A DNA stretch of 62,869 nucleotides, filler included, from Rhabdomonas costata (Eukaryota), in assembly GCA_019059605.1 (NCBI GenBank). It is 54 parts of 54 records of this genome, joined end to end, with 100 filler letters (N's around TTAATTAATTAA, not from the genome) between each part and the next. Parts side by side here need not be neighbours in the genome. Positions count along the whole stretch, not along the records: positions 24,501 to 25,566 come from JAHMHO010030436.1; positions 25,667 to 26,731 come from JAHMHO010030437.1; positions 26,832 to 27,897 come from JAHMHO010030438.1; positions 27,998 to 29,063 come from JAHMHO010030439.1; positions 29,164 to 30,229 come from JAHMHO010030440.1; positions 30,330 to 31,395 come from JAHMHO010030441.1; positions 31,496 to 32,560 come from JAHMHO010030442.1; positions 32,661 to 33,726 come from JAHMHO010030443.1; 46 more parts are not named here. One strand, written 5' to 3'. Both the position numbers and the translations under genes were made by a program. The stretch's first letter is position 1. Each line of letters opens with the position of its first letter. Of the stretch, positions 24,401 to 37,323 are shown piece after piece. Below the pieces are notes generated by a model. The model made no database searches. It was not told the origin of the DNA and saw only the letters and a list, made by a program, of their open reading frames with translations.

Positions 24401-27400
24401 NNNNNNNNNNNNNNNNNNNNNNNNNNNNNNNNNNNNNNNNNNNNTTAATTAATTAANNNNNNNNNNNNNNNNNNNNNNNNNNNNNNNNNNNNNNNNNNNN
24501 GTGTTGTGTGTGGAGCGCACTCTCTTTTGCGGCAGGCCATCACTTGAACCCGTACTGGGGTTCTGTGGGGTTCAGGACAGTGTTCTCCGAAACAGGCGGT
24601 TTTGGGGCGTGGTAACCCGTTGTTTAGGGGGCATCCCAAGTAAGCGGTCAGACGAAGTTTTCAATTGTAATCGCTTACAACACGGGTTCATCTTTTGGCA
24701 ACAGAACGTTGAACGTATAAAGCGGTAGAGGATAATTTTAATTGCACCTTTTATTTTTATTCTCAGCTGGTAAAAAGATGAAGCACAGAATCAGAAGCAG
24801 AAGAAACAAAAGAAAGAGAGAATCAGAGCATGCAGCCTGTGCGGCTCACCACACACAGCGTCTTCGAGGCGGAGAGGGATACACTTTCTATCATCAAGAA
24901 TTCGGATCTATTGGGACCAGATCTCCCGGGCCACTACTCTTCACCGTTTCAACATTCTTCACCCATAGAGACCGTAAGCCGTGCTCACCATTTCAGGAAA
25001 CGGGTAGCATTTGCTGTTTGCTCAGTTGTTTTCACACCACCTCTTCCACCTCCAGAGGAGTGCCATGCTTGTCAGCATCCTCCCTCTGCTCTGTCTCTAC
25101 CAGAGCCCCAATTCACCCATCAACCCATGACCCTACTAGCACATCCCATCTCAGAGCCCGTAGAACCCGACTCACCCTCCGATTTCAAATGTTAAAGGCT
25201 CCACTAAGAGCCGACGTCAACCCCACAGAAGCAAAGAACCCGACGAGGAGCGTCCAGGGAAGGCTAAGATGGTGCTCTGCAGATGATAACCCAACCACTC
25301 CGCCAGGGGTCATACCCAGTCACTCCAGCAACACTCATCTGCTCAGCTTAGAGTTTACCCCTTTCGCTCTCACCCACACTCGTTTTCTTTCTTCACAGTT
25401 AAGACCCCAGCCCAAAGCCAGAGCCAGAGCGTGGTTCTGGGACGGAAGGTGGTCGTCTCCGAAGCCCTCCCCACGCAGCAATCCACAACCCCCGTCCTCA
25501 GCGACCTGGGCAACAGCCTGGAGCTGGACCCACGCAGCCTCAGCGACATCATCTCCCCACCCCACCNNNNNNNNNNNNNNNNNNNNNNNNNNNNNNNNNN
25601 NNNNNNNNNNTTAATTAATTAANNNNNNNNNNNNNNNNNNNNNNNNNNNNNNNNNNNNNNNNNNNNGGTTGTTTGTAGAGTAAACACGCGCTGCGCACTG
25701 GTGGGGTCTCTTGTGCGGAGAGCAAAAGCAAGTGAAGATCTGTGTTTCTCGAGAATCATTGAGACAGCTTCTATGGACCTATTCAATGATTTATGCAACA
25801 ACTCGTGTACAACAATTTTGGACTCGGTGCCACGTTTTCAGAATGTCAGATTGACCCTGTTTTGTTTCCATTGGTTTCCTTCATTTCTTTGGATGCAGTA
25901 TTGTGTATTGTGATGGGTTTTGATTTCGGCTTGACGATTCGGATTAATGCTGTGAATAGAGTGCTGATCTGCAACTGGTGTACTTTGTCTATGAATATAA
26001 CATTGCCAGGCATATTGCCAGACATATTGCCAGGCTCCATACTTGAGCCAGGGGGACAGGACTCCAGGGGAACATTTTTGTGATACGAAGACGGCAACCG
26101 AGGTCTCTATCCGTCGCGTGCTCTGTGTGATAGTAATGATTTTTCGCGAATCTGAATCCCTTTGCGTGTAAGAGCATCGGTGAATCCTGCTGTGCAGTGG
26201 CACTTTTCTGTGGTGGCTGTGCTGCGATTTTTTGTCTTGCCTATGCCTGCCTTAGCTGGGGTCCCCACCCCGCCCCCCTATCGCGGTGCGGTGAATGGGA
26301 TGCGGCCGGACGGGCGCATTGACATGTGCAGTCTGCAGTCCCAGGAGGTTTGCGCTTGCATTCTTCTGAAGATTCGTTTTGAAGAATATGCAGAATATCG
26401 GCTGTCTTGCCATTTCAACATTGATAAGCTCCTAAGCGCTGTGTGGACATCTGGCCAGCTGGTTGGGTCCACTGGAGTTTCTCTGTTGTCTCCCTGCATC
26501 CATACAGTTCTTTCTTTTATCTCTGTTCTGGGGGTTCTACCAGGTGGGCCTATTTAGCCTCTTCAGCCGGCCTAGGGAACCTCACCAATCGTGGGGGGCC
26601 TCATCGGAAACGGGGGACTTACTTCGGCCCAAACCCTCGCCCTTTTCGCTGGGTGATATCTGCCATGGTCACTCCCGGACCGGACCGCACCGGACCGGAG
26701 ACCTAAAATTGACCTAGAGTGACGGTTTGGGNNNNNNNNNNNNNNNNNNNNNNNNNNNNNNNNNNNNNNNNNNNNTTAATTAATTAANNNNNNNNNNNNN
26801 NNNNNNNNNNNNNNNNNNNNNNNNNNNNNNNGTTGGTTATTGAGTTCACCGTTAACCGTGCGGGGGGGGGGGGTTGTGGGTCGAAACGCACGTGCAAAAG
26901 GTCAATTGGATATCACTTTGAATGGACGGATGAGTTGCGGTAGGGGGAAGGGGGAAGGAAACATGACAATAAAAGCAAAGTTCTTTTAACTAGAAAAAAG
27001 TTAAGTAATTGGTGTCACTCGGGGTCAGTTGCCTTCTATCCAGGTGCAGCCCAAGAAAAGACCCGTTACACCTGCTTGTCGGCCTCCGTCACCGCCATCT
27101 TCACTTGCACAATGCTGTGGAAGCTCTTGTAGGGCTCCTTGAAGTGCACGTGGCACCTGCAGGGAGTGTGCACCACGCCATGCAGAAGGGTTCGAAGCCG
27201 ACACTCCCGTCCGGTCGGGCACCCACTGCCCTCGTCCTGATGGGTGTCTTCATCCTCGGGGTGCCGGCAGGAGGTGTCCGAAGGCCCACCCCCCATCGGG
27301 GAGCCAGCCTTGTCTTTGTCCCCCTTCAGCAGCTGGGTTTTCTCGGTAGCCATAGAAATTCGGGAAGTGGTGCGATAAAAAGGGCTCAACGACTCCGCCT

Positions 27401-28315
27401 GGATGAACCCACCCCTTTGGAGGCCTTCAAACACCTTTCCAGCCCTGTCACCGGCCTCAGAGGGAGAAAAGAACACAGCGTGCACTGGCAGAAATCGGAA
27501 GAAAGCACTTATCCGCCGCTCTCTGTGGTTCGACTATCATTCGGTTCTTTGGCCTCAATCCGCTCCTCGCCTCAAGTCCTCGCTCAAGGAGAGCCGAATA
27601 GTTGGACAAGGTGGTCTGCAAAGATTCCACTCGCCGTCAATAATTGACGAATCACCAAACGCCATTACATTGCGCGTAAATCAATCAATCAATGATATAG
27701 GCACATTGAGGCGTCCTTTGACACCCCCACAGTCGTTGGTCATTCCCTTTCGCCAGTGGGGACGTGGGTAGAACCACAAGACCTAAAGTGTGTTGGAAGT
27801 GAGCCATAATCCAGTCCAAACCGTAATTGAACCCTGCAGACGACTTCTAAAGGAAATGGGATAAACAGTGTGGGCAGGACGGCCGATCTAACCTCGCNNN
27901 NNNNNNNNNNNNNNNNNNNNNNNNNNNNNNNNNNNNNNNNNTTAATTAATTAANNNNNNNNNNNNNNNNNNNNNNNNNNNNNNNNNNNNNNNNNNNNGGG
28001 GGGGTGCGAGGGGAATTGGGCGTCCCTTTCTTTCTGTTTTACCAGGTCTGTTCGGGTAGCGTGGATCAGCAACAAGTGTCGGGCAGATCTGAGGGTGGGA
28101 ATGTCAGAATCGGATGTGCCAGGATATGGACCGAGCTTTTCTCTTTGTCTCTTTGTTCTGTACTGTACGAATGGATAACGAAAGGGAAATTAGGTTTTGG
28201 TTGGACCGCGTTGCGTTGGTTATGTTCATGAGGCGCCTGTTTTGTTCTCTTGCTGTGAAAGGGTGGGACACACAGCATGTTACTCCGTGTGTCATAGCTT
28301 GTTCTTCCGACGGAG

Positions 28316-29043
28316 ATGGTTGCTAGCTCTTCCGATCCCGGAAGCCGAGGGGGCTCTCCTGCTCCTCCGGCCGCTTCCGGAGCCTTGCCCCTAGCGACGG
28401 TCTCCGCAGAGCTCACGGCGTTCACCGTCCTTGTGGTTCAGCCCAGGGCGCAGACCAATGCGCAGGCTGTGGGGTCTGTGCCTTCAGGCCAAGGGGCTGA
28501 CCGCGGGCCTGCGTTGGAGCGGCTGGCCCGCTTGACCATGGCCACGGTAACGTGTGCCTGTCGGAAAGGGGGGGGGGCAACCGCTCATTGACCGGTCTCA
28601 ACCGCTCAGACTGATCTGTGAGTGATCCTGTGGGTGGAGAGGAGATAACTGTTTATCCAAGCAGCCCCCTGACTTTGATCCTTCTGATCATCTGTGGCTT
28701 TTTACCGTTTCCCTGTATATTTTCTCCCGCAGCCCGGATAAAATTGTTCTTTACTTCGCTGTTCCATTGCCTCGTACGCCCTTACTCCCTTGTGTCCCTT
28801 GCCCCCTGTCTCCCTTGTGTTCGCGCCTTTATGTCCTTACTTTCTCCGAACTTGCCCATGATGGAGAAGATATGGAAGGGGACAGCTCCGCGATTCTTTT
28901 ATTGAAATCGTGTGGCACAGGTGACAGTGCGTCACGACCTGGCCACGCAGCGCACCTCGGGCTCCGTGGGTGATCTTGTGTTGGAGGACTGCTGCACCCC
29001 AATGACGCTGTACCGGGAAATCCTTGGGCTGCAGTCCAAGCAG
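28316..29043 (+). CDS. VPS13/chorein-like protein fragment; exons ~28316-28546 and 28921-29043
   Basis: Beta-rich repeat VSAELTAFTVLV...LARLTMAT|VTVRH...GSVGDLVLEDCCTPMTLYREIL resembles VPS13 repeats. Phase-0 GT-AG intron. Confidence 0.5.
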
Positions 29044-29163
29044 GTCTCGTTCCACCCCCCCACNNNNNNNNNNNNNNNNNNNNNNNNNNNNNNNNNNNNN
29101 NNNNNNNTTAATTAATTAANNNNNNNNNNNNNNNNNNNNNNNNNNNNNNNNNNNNNNNNNNNN

Positions 29164-29946
29164 GGGCACGTTGAGGTTTCTGCCCGTGGTCACTGCCTTT
29201 CTGATACCCATGATCTCCTGCAGCATGATATCTGCCTGAGGACCGTTGGCCAGCCACTTGGGCAGCCACCCCTTGGAGTCCGCGCGCTTGTAGTACACGT
29301 ACCGAAAGCCCGGAAGTCCATTTCGAAGGGGGGTCAGCAGACAGCCACAGCGGAAGGAAATCCGGACGTGAGACTTCACAAATGGTGCTTTTTCGTGCGT
29401 GTAGTTGGCGGGGACGCCCGGAAGAAGGTCTACCGTGCGCGAGGTAACTAACAGGCTGCCATCAGGGTAGGAGCGCCGCGCGCGAAGATATAGACAGTCC
29501 CGTGGAGCAACAAAGGGGACAGGGGAGCGGTAAGCAAAGTAGCAGAGCTCGGCATCTCCAGTGGGCCACAGGGGATCAACGCCCAGGGAGTAACGCTGCA
29601 GCACTCCACCCCCTGGAAGCAGAAGCTCGTGCCACTCCCCTTGTCGTTCTGCCAAGGAGCGGTCGAGAAGATCCAACCCATCCTCAAGGGTAATGGGCTC
29701 GGATGCGGTGGTCAGTCCACAGATGTCGGCACCCACACGGATGTGCCATATAGAATCATTGGGGGCCTGGTGTTTGTGACAAACATCAACAAAACCGTTG
29801 GGGCGGCGGACAGACTTGTGAAGCTTCCAAAAAGAATCACTTTCATCGCGCAACAGCCGTTCATCATAATCTAAGTAAGCATTGAGCTCTGCTACAGAAG
29901 GGGGCACAAAGTAGGAAGGTGTAGAAAGCAAAGGGAAAGAGAGCAT
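29164..29946 (-). CDS. START-domain lipid-binding protein (intronless here, 3' end truncated)
   Basis: SPVPFVAPRDCLYLR and DSKGWLPKWLAN are START hallmarks, in about 260 uninterrupted codons. Confidence 0.88.
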
Positions 29947-31839
29947 AATTGTTGGCGCAGTTGCGCAAAAGTTCTGTCGTGCAAGGCTCAGAAACCAGTC
30001 ATTCAAAAAGAGCAACAAAAACCGGCTGAAAGAAAACAGAAACCAGCCATGCGCACAAAAAAACAGGGAAAACGCAGGAAAGACCGCTTACTCTTGTGAC
30101 ACCAAGTGGACAAGAGCTTTGGGTGGCAGGATTGCGGCAAAATATAAGCTGAATTGATCATATGCTGCAGGTGAAGGTTGACAATTTCTAAGCTTATGCT
30201 TATGCTTATGCGCTGACGCACAAACACAANNNNNNNNNNNNNNNNNNNNNNNNNNNNNNNNNNNNNNNNNNNNTTAATTAATTAANNNNNNNNNNNNNNN
30301 NNNNNNNNNNNNNNNNNNNNNNNNNNNNNGTTGGGGTGGTCTCTCCCACGAGTTGTTATGCACCCTTGCATTGATGGAGGTGTACGATGAAGTTTTTTCG
30401 GAAGGGAGGTAACGACATTAAACAGTAAGGCTCAAAACTCTGCTGGTGGACTCGGCCGCTAGATAACCCCCTTCAATATCGCTTTTGGAGCTTTTGGAAC
30501 GACTATGAAAACTCTCCCGCACACACAGACAACGTTCCTGCCTCAGCCGCCCGCTGCTTCCGCGCCGCGGGCTCGCCTCCGCGCTGGCCTTCGCCACTAA
30601 AATAACTCCGTTCCTTTAGTGGGCCATCTCCTGAAAACTGTCCTTCGCCCTTCCGGGCAAATTCAGTCAGCCCTCTAGCACGCCAGTAATGCCGAGGAAA
30701 GGTACCCATTTCGAAAACTTCCAGTATCGCAACACGCCGTTTAACAATGTTGCACCGTTTACCTCTCCCCCTCCCCTAAAGAAAAATCCATCGAATGTTG
30801 GAGTATCAAAGTCTTTACCCTCAGAGTGTAAAAAAGCTGCGGTGAACATCTGCCTTTTTAGACGTGGTGCTAGTTTCTTTTGTCAGGTCAGGCCCGCCGC
30901 GATGCCATCCTTCCTTTGATTGTGGAACTGTTCAAGGACTTGGGCCTGCTGCAGACCCTACGCCTCGACATCACCGTGCTGTACCGCTTCCTCCTTGCAG
31001 TGCGTTGTGTATCTTTGTGAACGTGTTTGTGCCCCCAGGAATTCTGCACAGTTGGGAATGATGAGAGATATCCCGGTTATTTTCTTCTCATTCAGCTGTG
31101 GCTAGATCAGTACGAGAACGTTGGTATTGCTGTGTTTTTCATGAGTGGAGCGCCAAGCGAAAAGCGTCTTCCTTGTCAGCAACGGTCCTTGTAGTGAAAG
31201 TTTGTGGTAAAGGGGTGTGGATTTGGTCTTGCCCCACAGTGCCAAAGGCTATACCGGCCCGTGCCCTACCACAACTTCTTTCACGCCGCGGATGTTATCC
31301 ATACGGTGTACTTGCTGATCAAGACATGGAGCTACCCGGATGTCTTGGACGCGGTGTGATACCCAGCCCCCTGTGTTGCAGTTTTGTTGGTGTTCNNNNN
31401 NNNNNNNNNNNNNNNNNNNNNNNNNNNNNNNNNNNNNNNTTAATTAATTAANNNNNNNNNNNNNNNNNNNNNNNNNNNNNNNNNNNNNNNNNNNNAGAAA
31501 AAGATGGGGGGGGGGCTGCGAAAAGAGTTGGCTGTCCCAACCCACACCGCCCCCCAGACCCATGCACAAGCAACCACAACCCACGCTGACAGTATTCAGA
31601 CCGCATTAAAGGCCAAGACAGCTCCACTAATAACCAAAATGGACAGCTCAGCGCTGTCTCCGCCGATCGTCAAGCTGACCCCCCTCTTCATTCTTTCTTT
31701 CCTGCTCATCTACTTTCATTCCTACATCTACTTTCATTCCTGCGCTGACCTCTTACTAAAGCAGAGAGTTATGAGGCAAGGAGAGAGAGAAGGCGAAAAC
31801 TGTGTGTGTCCCCCGAGGAAGAATCCACAGAACAAAGAC

Positions 31840-32461
31840 CTGTGCAGCTGCCCGTCCTGTTCCAGAATGCATTCTCCATGCAAGTCAGCTTTCCTCCCCC
31901 CGTGTAGCCCGCCAGGCAGCCAAAGCTGCAGTTCAGCCCCGTGGTCGTGCCCGAGCAGCTCGGGGTGCCGGCATTTTCCGGAGCGCTGGGCGTACCGCAG
32001 TCCACCACTGAGAAGAACAGAACTGAACTGAAGAAAAGGGGCTTGCAGGTGTGTTCCGGGCACGCAGGCTTTTTAAGCCATGTGGCTCACTACAAATCGC
32101 TGCGAAAGGCAAGATAAGGAAACCCCGTAACAGGCAAAAGAAGAGTAGAAGTATTCAACGCAGGACATGACATCACAGCGAATCGGACTTGGTGTTGACT
32201 TGCACTCAGTTGCCTCAGTGCTGAAAAATTCCAACACCTACCCACCCCAAACAAACGATCAGGAGAAGGCCTCCAAATCACTTCCGGAGGGCTGATAAGG
32301 GGGAAGCAGGAGAAGGTGAAAAACACTGAGGAAGCAGCCCGAACATTGGGCACAGCAGTCGCCTTGCGTGCAGGTCCCAGAGGGGCAAGAGGACACCGTG
32401 AAGGGCCTCTGCACAGTGCCCTCGGGGCAGGGATAGACGGCGCACAGGAACGCCATGTTGG
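31840..32461 (-). CDS. Extracellular modular protein: Cys-rich repeat exon (32461-32345) plus Sushi/CCP exon (32007-31840)
   Basis: CAVYPCPEG...CPSGTCTQGDCC and VDCGTP..PENA...CSFGCLAGYTGGGKLTC...W...C. Both exons are bounded by AG/GT in phase 1. Confidence 0.8.
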
Positions 32462-33263
32462 CTGCAATAGGGTGAAAACAGAAAATTTTCTTTCAATGCC
32501 GTGAGCAAACAATATCAGCAAAGAAAGGGCACCCCGATTCACACACACCATTTCATTACANNNNNNNNNNNNNNNNNNNNNNNNNNNNNNNNNNNNNNNN
32601 NNNNTTAATTAATTAANNNNNNNNNNNNNNNNNNNNNNNNNNNNNNNNNNNNNNNNNNNNGACCGTAAAGTGACCTTTTTGTCACAGCAATTAGCACACG
32701 TTCGGTACAAAATTAGGGGTCAGTGCGTCGCCTAATGTTTGGGGTTGAAGGTGCACCAGAAACACTCCCCTGTCCTGTTCAAAAAGACTGTCCTCTATCC
32801 CGAGAGTTCGCGTACTCTACAACCAGTGGCATAAAAACAGGGCAAAAAAACTTCTTGGAAATGTTACACACTAATCTCTCCATTTCCGGGTGAAGCTAGC
32901 ATTGAACTTCATGGGGACAAGGGCTACGGCAGTAAACGCAGTAAACGGAAGATGAAAACCTTCAACCCCCTTCCAACCCTTTGTGCGCAACACCCTCCCC
33001 TGTTACAGACTAATCACTCGGTTTCCGGGTGGAGACAGCCTTGAAATGGCTGAGACTTTCATTTTCGAAAAACGGCAGCGTGTGAAAACGGGAAATTAAC
33101 CCGGAAGCAGAACACAGCACTCATGCAATTCAAAGCTACCCAAAACCACACAATTGCTCAGAAGGTTCAGCAGCACTGCGAGACTTTCGGGAGAGGGCGT
33201 CTCTACCTAGGTTCTATTTTTGTGGCATCCTTTCGGATAGAAAAATACGGCGGGCCAACTTAC

Positions 33264-33726
33264 CGTTACTCAGCAGGTTCAGCAGCACCCGCTTCAGACG
33301 ACGCGCGTCCCCAACGCACCGCCGCGGCACGTCCGGGCGCACCCGCACCACAAGTTGCAGGTCCCTCTCCTCGGCTTTGACCTGGACCACGGAGGCCGCC
33401 TCCTCCACGACCTCCCGCAGGCTGAAAGGGGCAATCTCCAGCTCCAGCCTGTCCGCTTCCAGCTTGCTAAAGTCCTGAAAAGCAGAGAAAAGACAACCCG
33501 GGGCAAGGGACCCGACACGAATTTTGTTCAAGACATCAAAAATGTCTGTCAAACATTTCACAAGCAAACTGCTCTGTTTCTACACACATACACACCTGCG
33601 ACATGGACAATGGGGGGAAGGACCGGAAGGGCGGTGCCCGCGGGCGCATACAAACGTACATACCAAGATGTCATTGATCAACGACAACATAGAGCCCCCG
33701 TTGGAGATGACCGCGTCGACGCACTC
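33264..33726 (-). CDS. Two-component sensor histidine kinase (hybrid type), end of HisKA to the HATPase N-box; exons 33726-33664 and 33474-33264
   Basis: SMLSLINDIL|DFSKLEADRLELEIAPFSLREVV...GDARRLKRVLLNLLSN, with GT-AG introns. Confidence 0.93.
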
Positions 33727-34794
33727 NNNNNNNNNNNNNNNNNNNNNNNNNNNNNNNNNNNNNNNNNNNNTTAATTAATTAANNNNNNNNNNNNNNNNNN
33801 NNNNNNNNNNNNNNNNNNNNNNNNNNGGTGGTTGGGCAGTGGGTGGAATGGGGATCAAGGATGGCCGGCTCTTGGTCGTCCGCGAGCGGCCGCACGCGCA
33901 CTCCTCAGACACTTCCCTCCACAGTGATGAAGAAAATGCAACTCCTTGTCACCTTTGGGGTCCATGCGGCAGATCTCACGCAGCGGCTTCTGCGTCGGTT
34001 TGTTGGGAGGGAACACGACGGAAACGAAACGGTGAGGTGCAACCCCTGTTTGGGCAACGGCCCCCGTTTGGCTCAGTCGAGATTTGGATTCGGCCCTGGC
34101 CTCTGCTTGACTCGAACCCGCCCTCCCACCGCTTAATTCGTGTGCTGTACTTTTGTGGACTGACATTTCTTTGCGGAGGAGGTGCGATTGTGTTGCATTG
34201 GGCAGAAGAAGCGGAAAGTGCGTAACCAAAGGGGTCTCCTAGCTCCTAGTCCCTGTGCGTTGCGGAAAACATGAGCGAATAGCTGATAGCTGGTCCGCAA
34301 CGTACCTATACCAGCGGTATCCATTTTTTTGGTGGGCTACACATTTAGAGAAATAAGTCCGTCCCTGCAGGCGATGTTCCCCCCCCCCCCCCCCGCCGCC
34401 CGACGCGTGGAGCCGGTGGCCTCTATCCCCAAAACTAGTGCCATCCGAACGGACTCGTTCTCGATCAGTAATATTTGGTAGTGTTGACTTTTTCCCGAGC
34501 ACCTGAATGCAACTCACCGAACAGAAACTCCCCTACTACGTTAGAGAACTCACCTTAGGAGCACCGCCAGTACCTAACCCTTTTTTTTGGTTAATCACTG
34601 TAATCGTTGCCACTCCCACCCCCACCGAGACCCCAACATCAATTGGGCTGGATGGGGGAGGGGGAGGGGGAGGGAGTAGTTCCAATGGGCCAAGTTCCCC
34701 ACCGCACCACACAACCCAACCCACAGCACCAACCACACCAGACCAACCACCAACAGACCCATTTATACGCTCAACACCACTCTACACACAACTA

Positions 34795-34887
34795 GACTAC
34801 ACTACACACTACAACAACACACCACATACACTGCACTACACTGCACTACACTGCACTGCACTGCACTACACTACACTACACTACACC
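34795..34887. repeat. (CACTA/CACTG)n degenerate pentanucleotide repeat
   Basis: Read directly at the contig end. Confidence 0.85.
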
Positions 34888-36227
34888 CACCNNNNNNNNN
34901 NNNNNNNNNNNNNNNNNNNNNNNNNNNNNNNNNNNTTAATTAATTAANNNNNNNNNNNNNNNNNNNNNNNNNNNNNNNNNNNNNNNNNNNNGGGGGTGGG
35001 TCTCGCCTTCTGCCCTAGGCATCGCTTCCTAACCCCGAGGGTTATGCCATAGCCGACCTAGAACCGAATTTTACAATTTCACACTCTGAAGGAAGGGGGC
35101 GAAAAAAAAAGGCATTGAAAACCTTCGCTGGGCTCCGCAGAGGACTTTGCCCACTAGCGGTACCCTCGTGCTCCACCTTCTGCTCCTCCTCACCTGGAGA
35201 GGATGCCTTCGAGACCTTTTGAGTGCCAAAGGGGTGTGCCGGACGGAGGCATTTCCGGAAGAATGGCACAGCTGGGCGCAAGACACAAAGGCCTAACTTC
35301 TGAGAGGGGTTCGTTTTCCAAAATTTCCATTGAATCGCGTGTTCTGATTGCTAGGCACATTGTCAAAAGGTGACGACATCAGGATCTGTATGAAAAGTGC
35401 ATGCTAGCACACAATAGAGGCAGCAACCGCTTGTAAATTCAGAGTATAGGTGTTGCAGGAGAGACCTAAAGATGTCGACCAATGGCAATGGCTCCAGAGG
35501 CGACGTAGTGATAACGTAAATTGTCGGATGACCGAGAAATGTGCGAAGCGTCAAGCCAGTTTCTGAGGTTGTTTGGGGGTAACACATGTAATCTGCATGG
35601 AATTTTCACTTTTGCAAGTCATTTCGCATTGGCAAGTGTTGTTCTGAGCGCAAGCGAAGCAGAAACCTGTGCGACATGCTAATTTTGATAAAGGCAGTAT
35701 GCCAGTAAACAGCTGGATTAGCTTTTTGCTCCTGACTTCTGGTTTATCTCGTTAAACAAGTCCATTGCAATATATTGCATTTTTGGAGATCTGGAATTCA
35801 GCTTCTCCGACCATCTCCGCAAAAAGCAAACGCCCCTAACAGCCCACAACGGTTCCTATCGCTCTCCCCAACCGACAACTCTCATCGCCCCCGCTTTTCG
35901 CACACCTTAGTACGGGAGGTCTTCGCGGACTTTCGCGCAGGTGCTTCTTGCCCCTGCTCACCCACGACATCCATCTTCTTCTTTTGCGGGCGGCTTGCTT
36001 TGGAACGCTGCACCTAAACACCGGAACAGAGAAACACAAATTTCAACAGGCACAGATNNNNNNNNNNNNNNNNNNNNNNNNNNNNNNNNNNNNNNNNNNN
36101 NTTAATTAATTAANNNNNNNNNNNNNNNNNNNNNNNNNNNNNNNNNNNNNNNNNNNNAGGCATTGGGGTTACTCCGTTAGTTGGAAAAGCAGCAGTAGAG
36201 ATAGCCAAACAGCCTCCAAGTCCATGG

Positions 36228-36350
36228 GTGGCGCTAACGTGTTCGCACATGAAATATTTCAAAGACTCGACGGCCACAGTTTTCCGCAACTCCCTCTGGA
36301 GATTCTATCCTCTGAGACTCGTCCAGTCAATCTGGAGTCGCTTCCATCAC
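36228..36350 (+). mobile_element. Penelope-like element RT thumb remnant (copy A)
   Basis: TCSHMKYFKDSTATVFRNSLWRFYPLRLVQSIWSRF is homologous to the opposite-strand copy at 36940-37198. Confidence 0.6.
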
Positions 36351-36939
36351 CGCCAGCAGCAGCAAATGCAGATGCAGATGCAGGGGCATCTGTGTTGGCA
36401 TCCTGAACATCGCCAACCCCACGCATGACCGCACGTGGTTCCCGCAGAATGTGCAGAACCTCAACTGAGTGGAGGTCGCGAAGCACATACTGCAGCTCGG
36501 TTGGGGGACGGGCGTGACGGTTGATCCCGAGTTTGGCAGGCTTGTGGTTGGGCATGTGTCCTAGCTGGTGAAGACTGTGACCGGCGCAGGAGAGGAGTCC
36601 CCTGCGACCCCCTGGTGGGTTGCTCGCTATTCTCGCTCTCGTTCTCCCACTCAGCGAATGCTGTCCTCCACACAGCACTACATCTCCGTCCTGTCAATCA
36701 CGTGCGTCAGCTGCTTGTTCTACTTGATTCCCCTACTGTCCGCCTTGCTAACCGTACTGATGAGGCGGCCTCCAGAAGGGAGTTTTCTTCTGGTTCTTTC
36801 TCTTCGTCACTGTCAGCTTCCCTGGCGCGTCGCCTCGCGTGCTTGATCTGCCCCTTACAGCGCAGCTGCCGTCGGCGAGACCGCATCCATCTGCCCAGGT
36901 AGACAAAGCGGCCCTCCTCATTGTACCAGCCCAACCAGA

Positions 36940-37198
36940 TCTCGAACCAGCGCCACCAGACTTTCTCAACCATTTGCTTTGGATACCAACGCCACATAGC
37001 ATTCCGGAAGACCTTAGCCACGGATTTCTTGAAGTCCTCCATATGGCTGCAGGTCTCCTGGCAATGCACAAGACGCTCCATAATGACTCCGCCAAGTTGT
37101 TAGCGCGTGGCGACTGTGGCGTGGTCTGGGTAGCGCACGATGTAATGAGTTTATAAATCATCCCTATCATGCACTGTGGTGTGGAGAGCATTGATGAC
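36940..37198 (-). mobile_element. Penelope-like element RT thumb remnant (copy B, two in-frame stops)
   Basis: HTTVHDRDDL*..IVRYP...GGVIMERLVHCQETCSHMEDFK...NAMWRWYP fits the PLE thumb pattern (YDKRDDF..IV.FP...GV...CS...DF...RGY). Confidence 0.7.
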
Positions 37199-37323
37199 GT
37201 CATCAATGCTCTCCACCCCACCCNNNNNNNNNNNNNNNNNNNNNNNNNNNNNNNNNNNNNNNNNNNNTTAATTAATTAANNNNNNNNNNNNNNNNNNNNN
37301 NNNNNNNNNNNNNNNNNNNNNNN

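Noticed and set aside
24742..25566. 290-aa ORF as a single CDS
   Set aside because: Low-complexity S/P/T/H composition with no recognisable domain, and an internal acceptor (ttcacag, ~25398) suggests a real exon in another frame.
32855..32930. ATGAAGTTC (MKF) on the minus strand as the next histidine-kinase exon via a non-AG acceptor
   Set aside because: The frame hits a stop within about 12 codons and lacks the HATPase G boxes, so it is likely a chance match.
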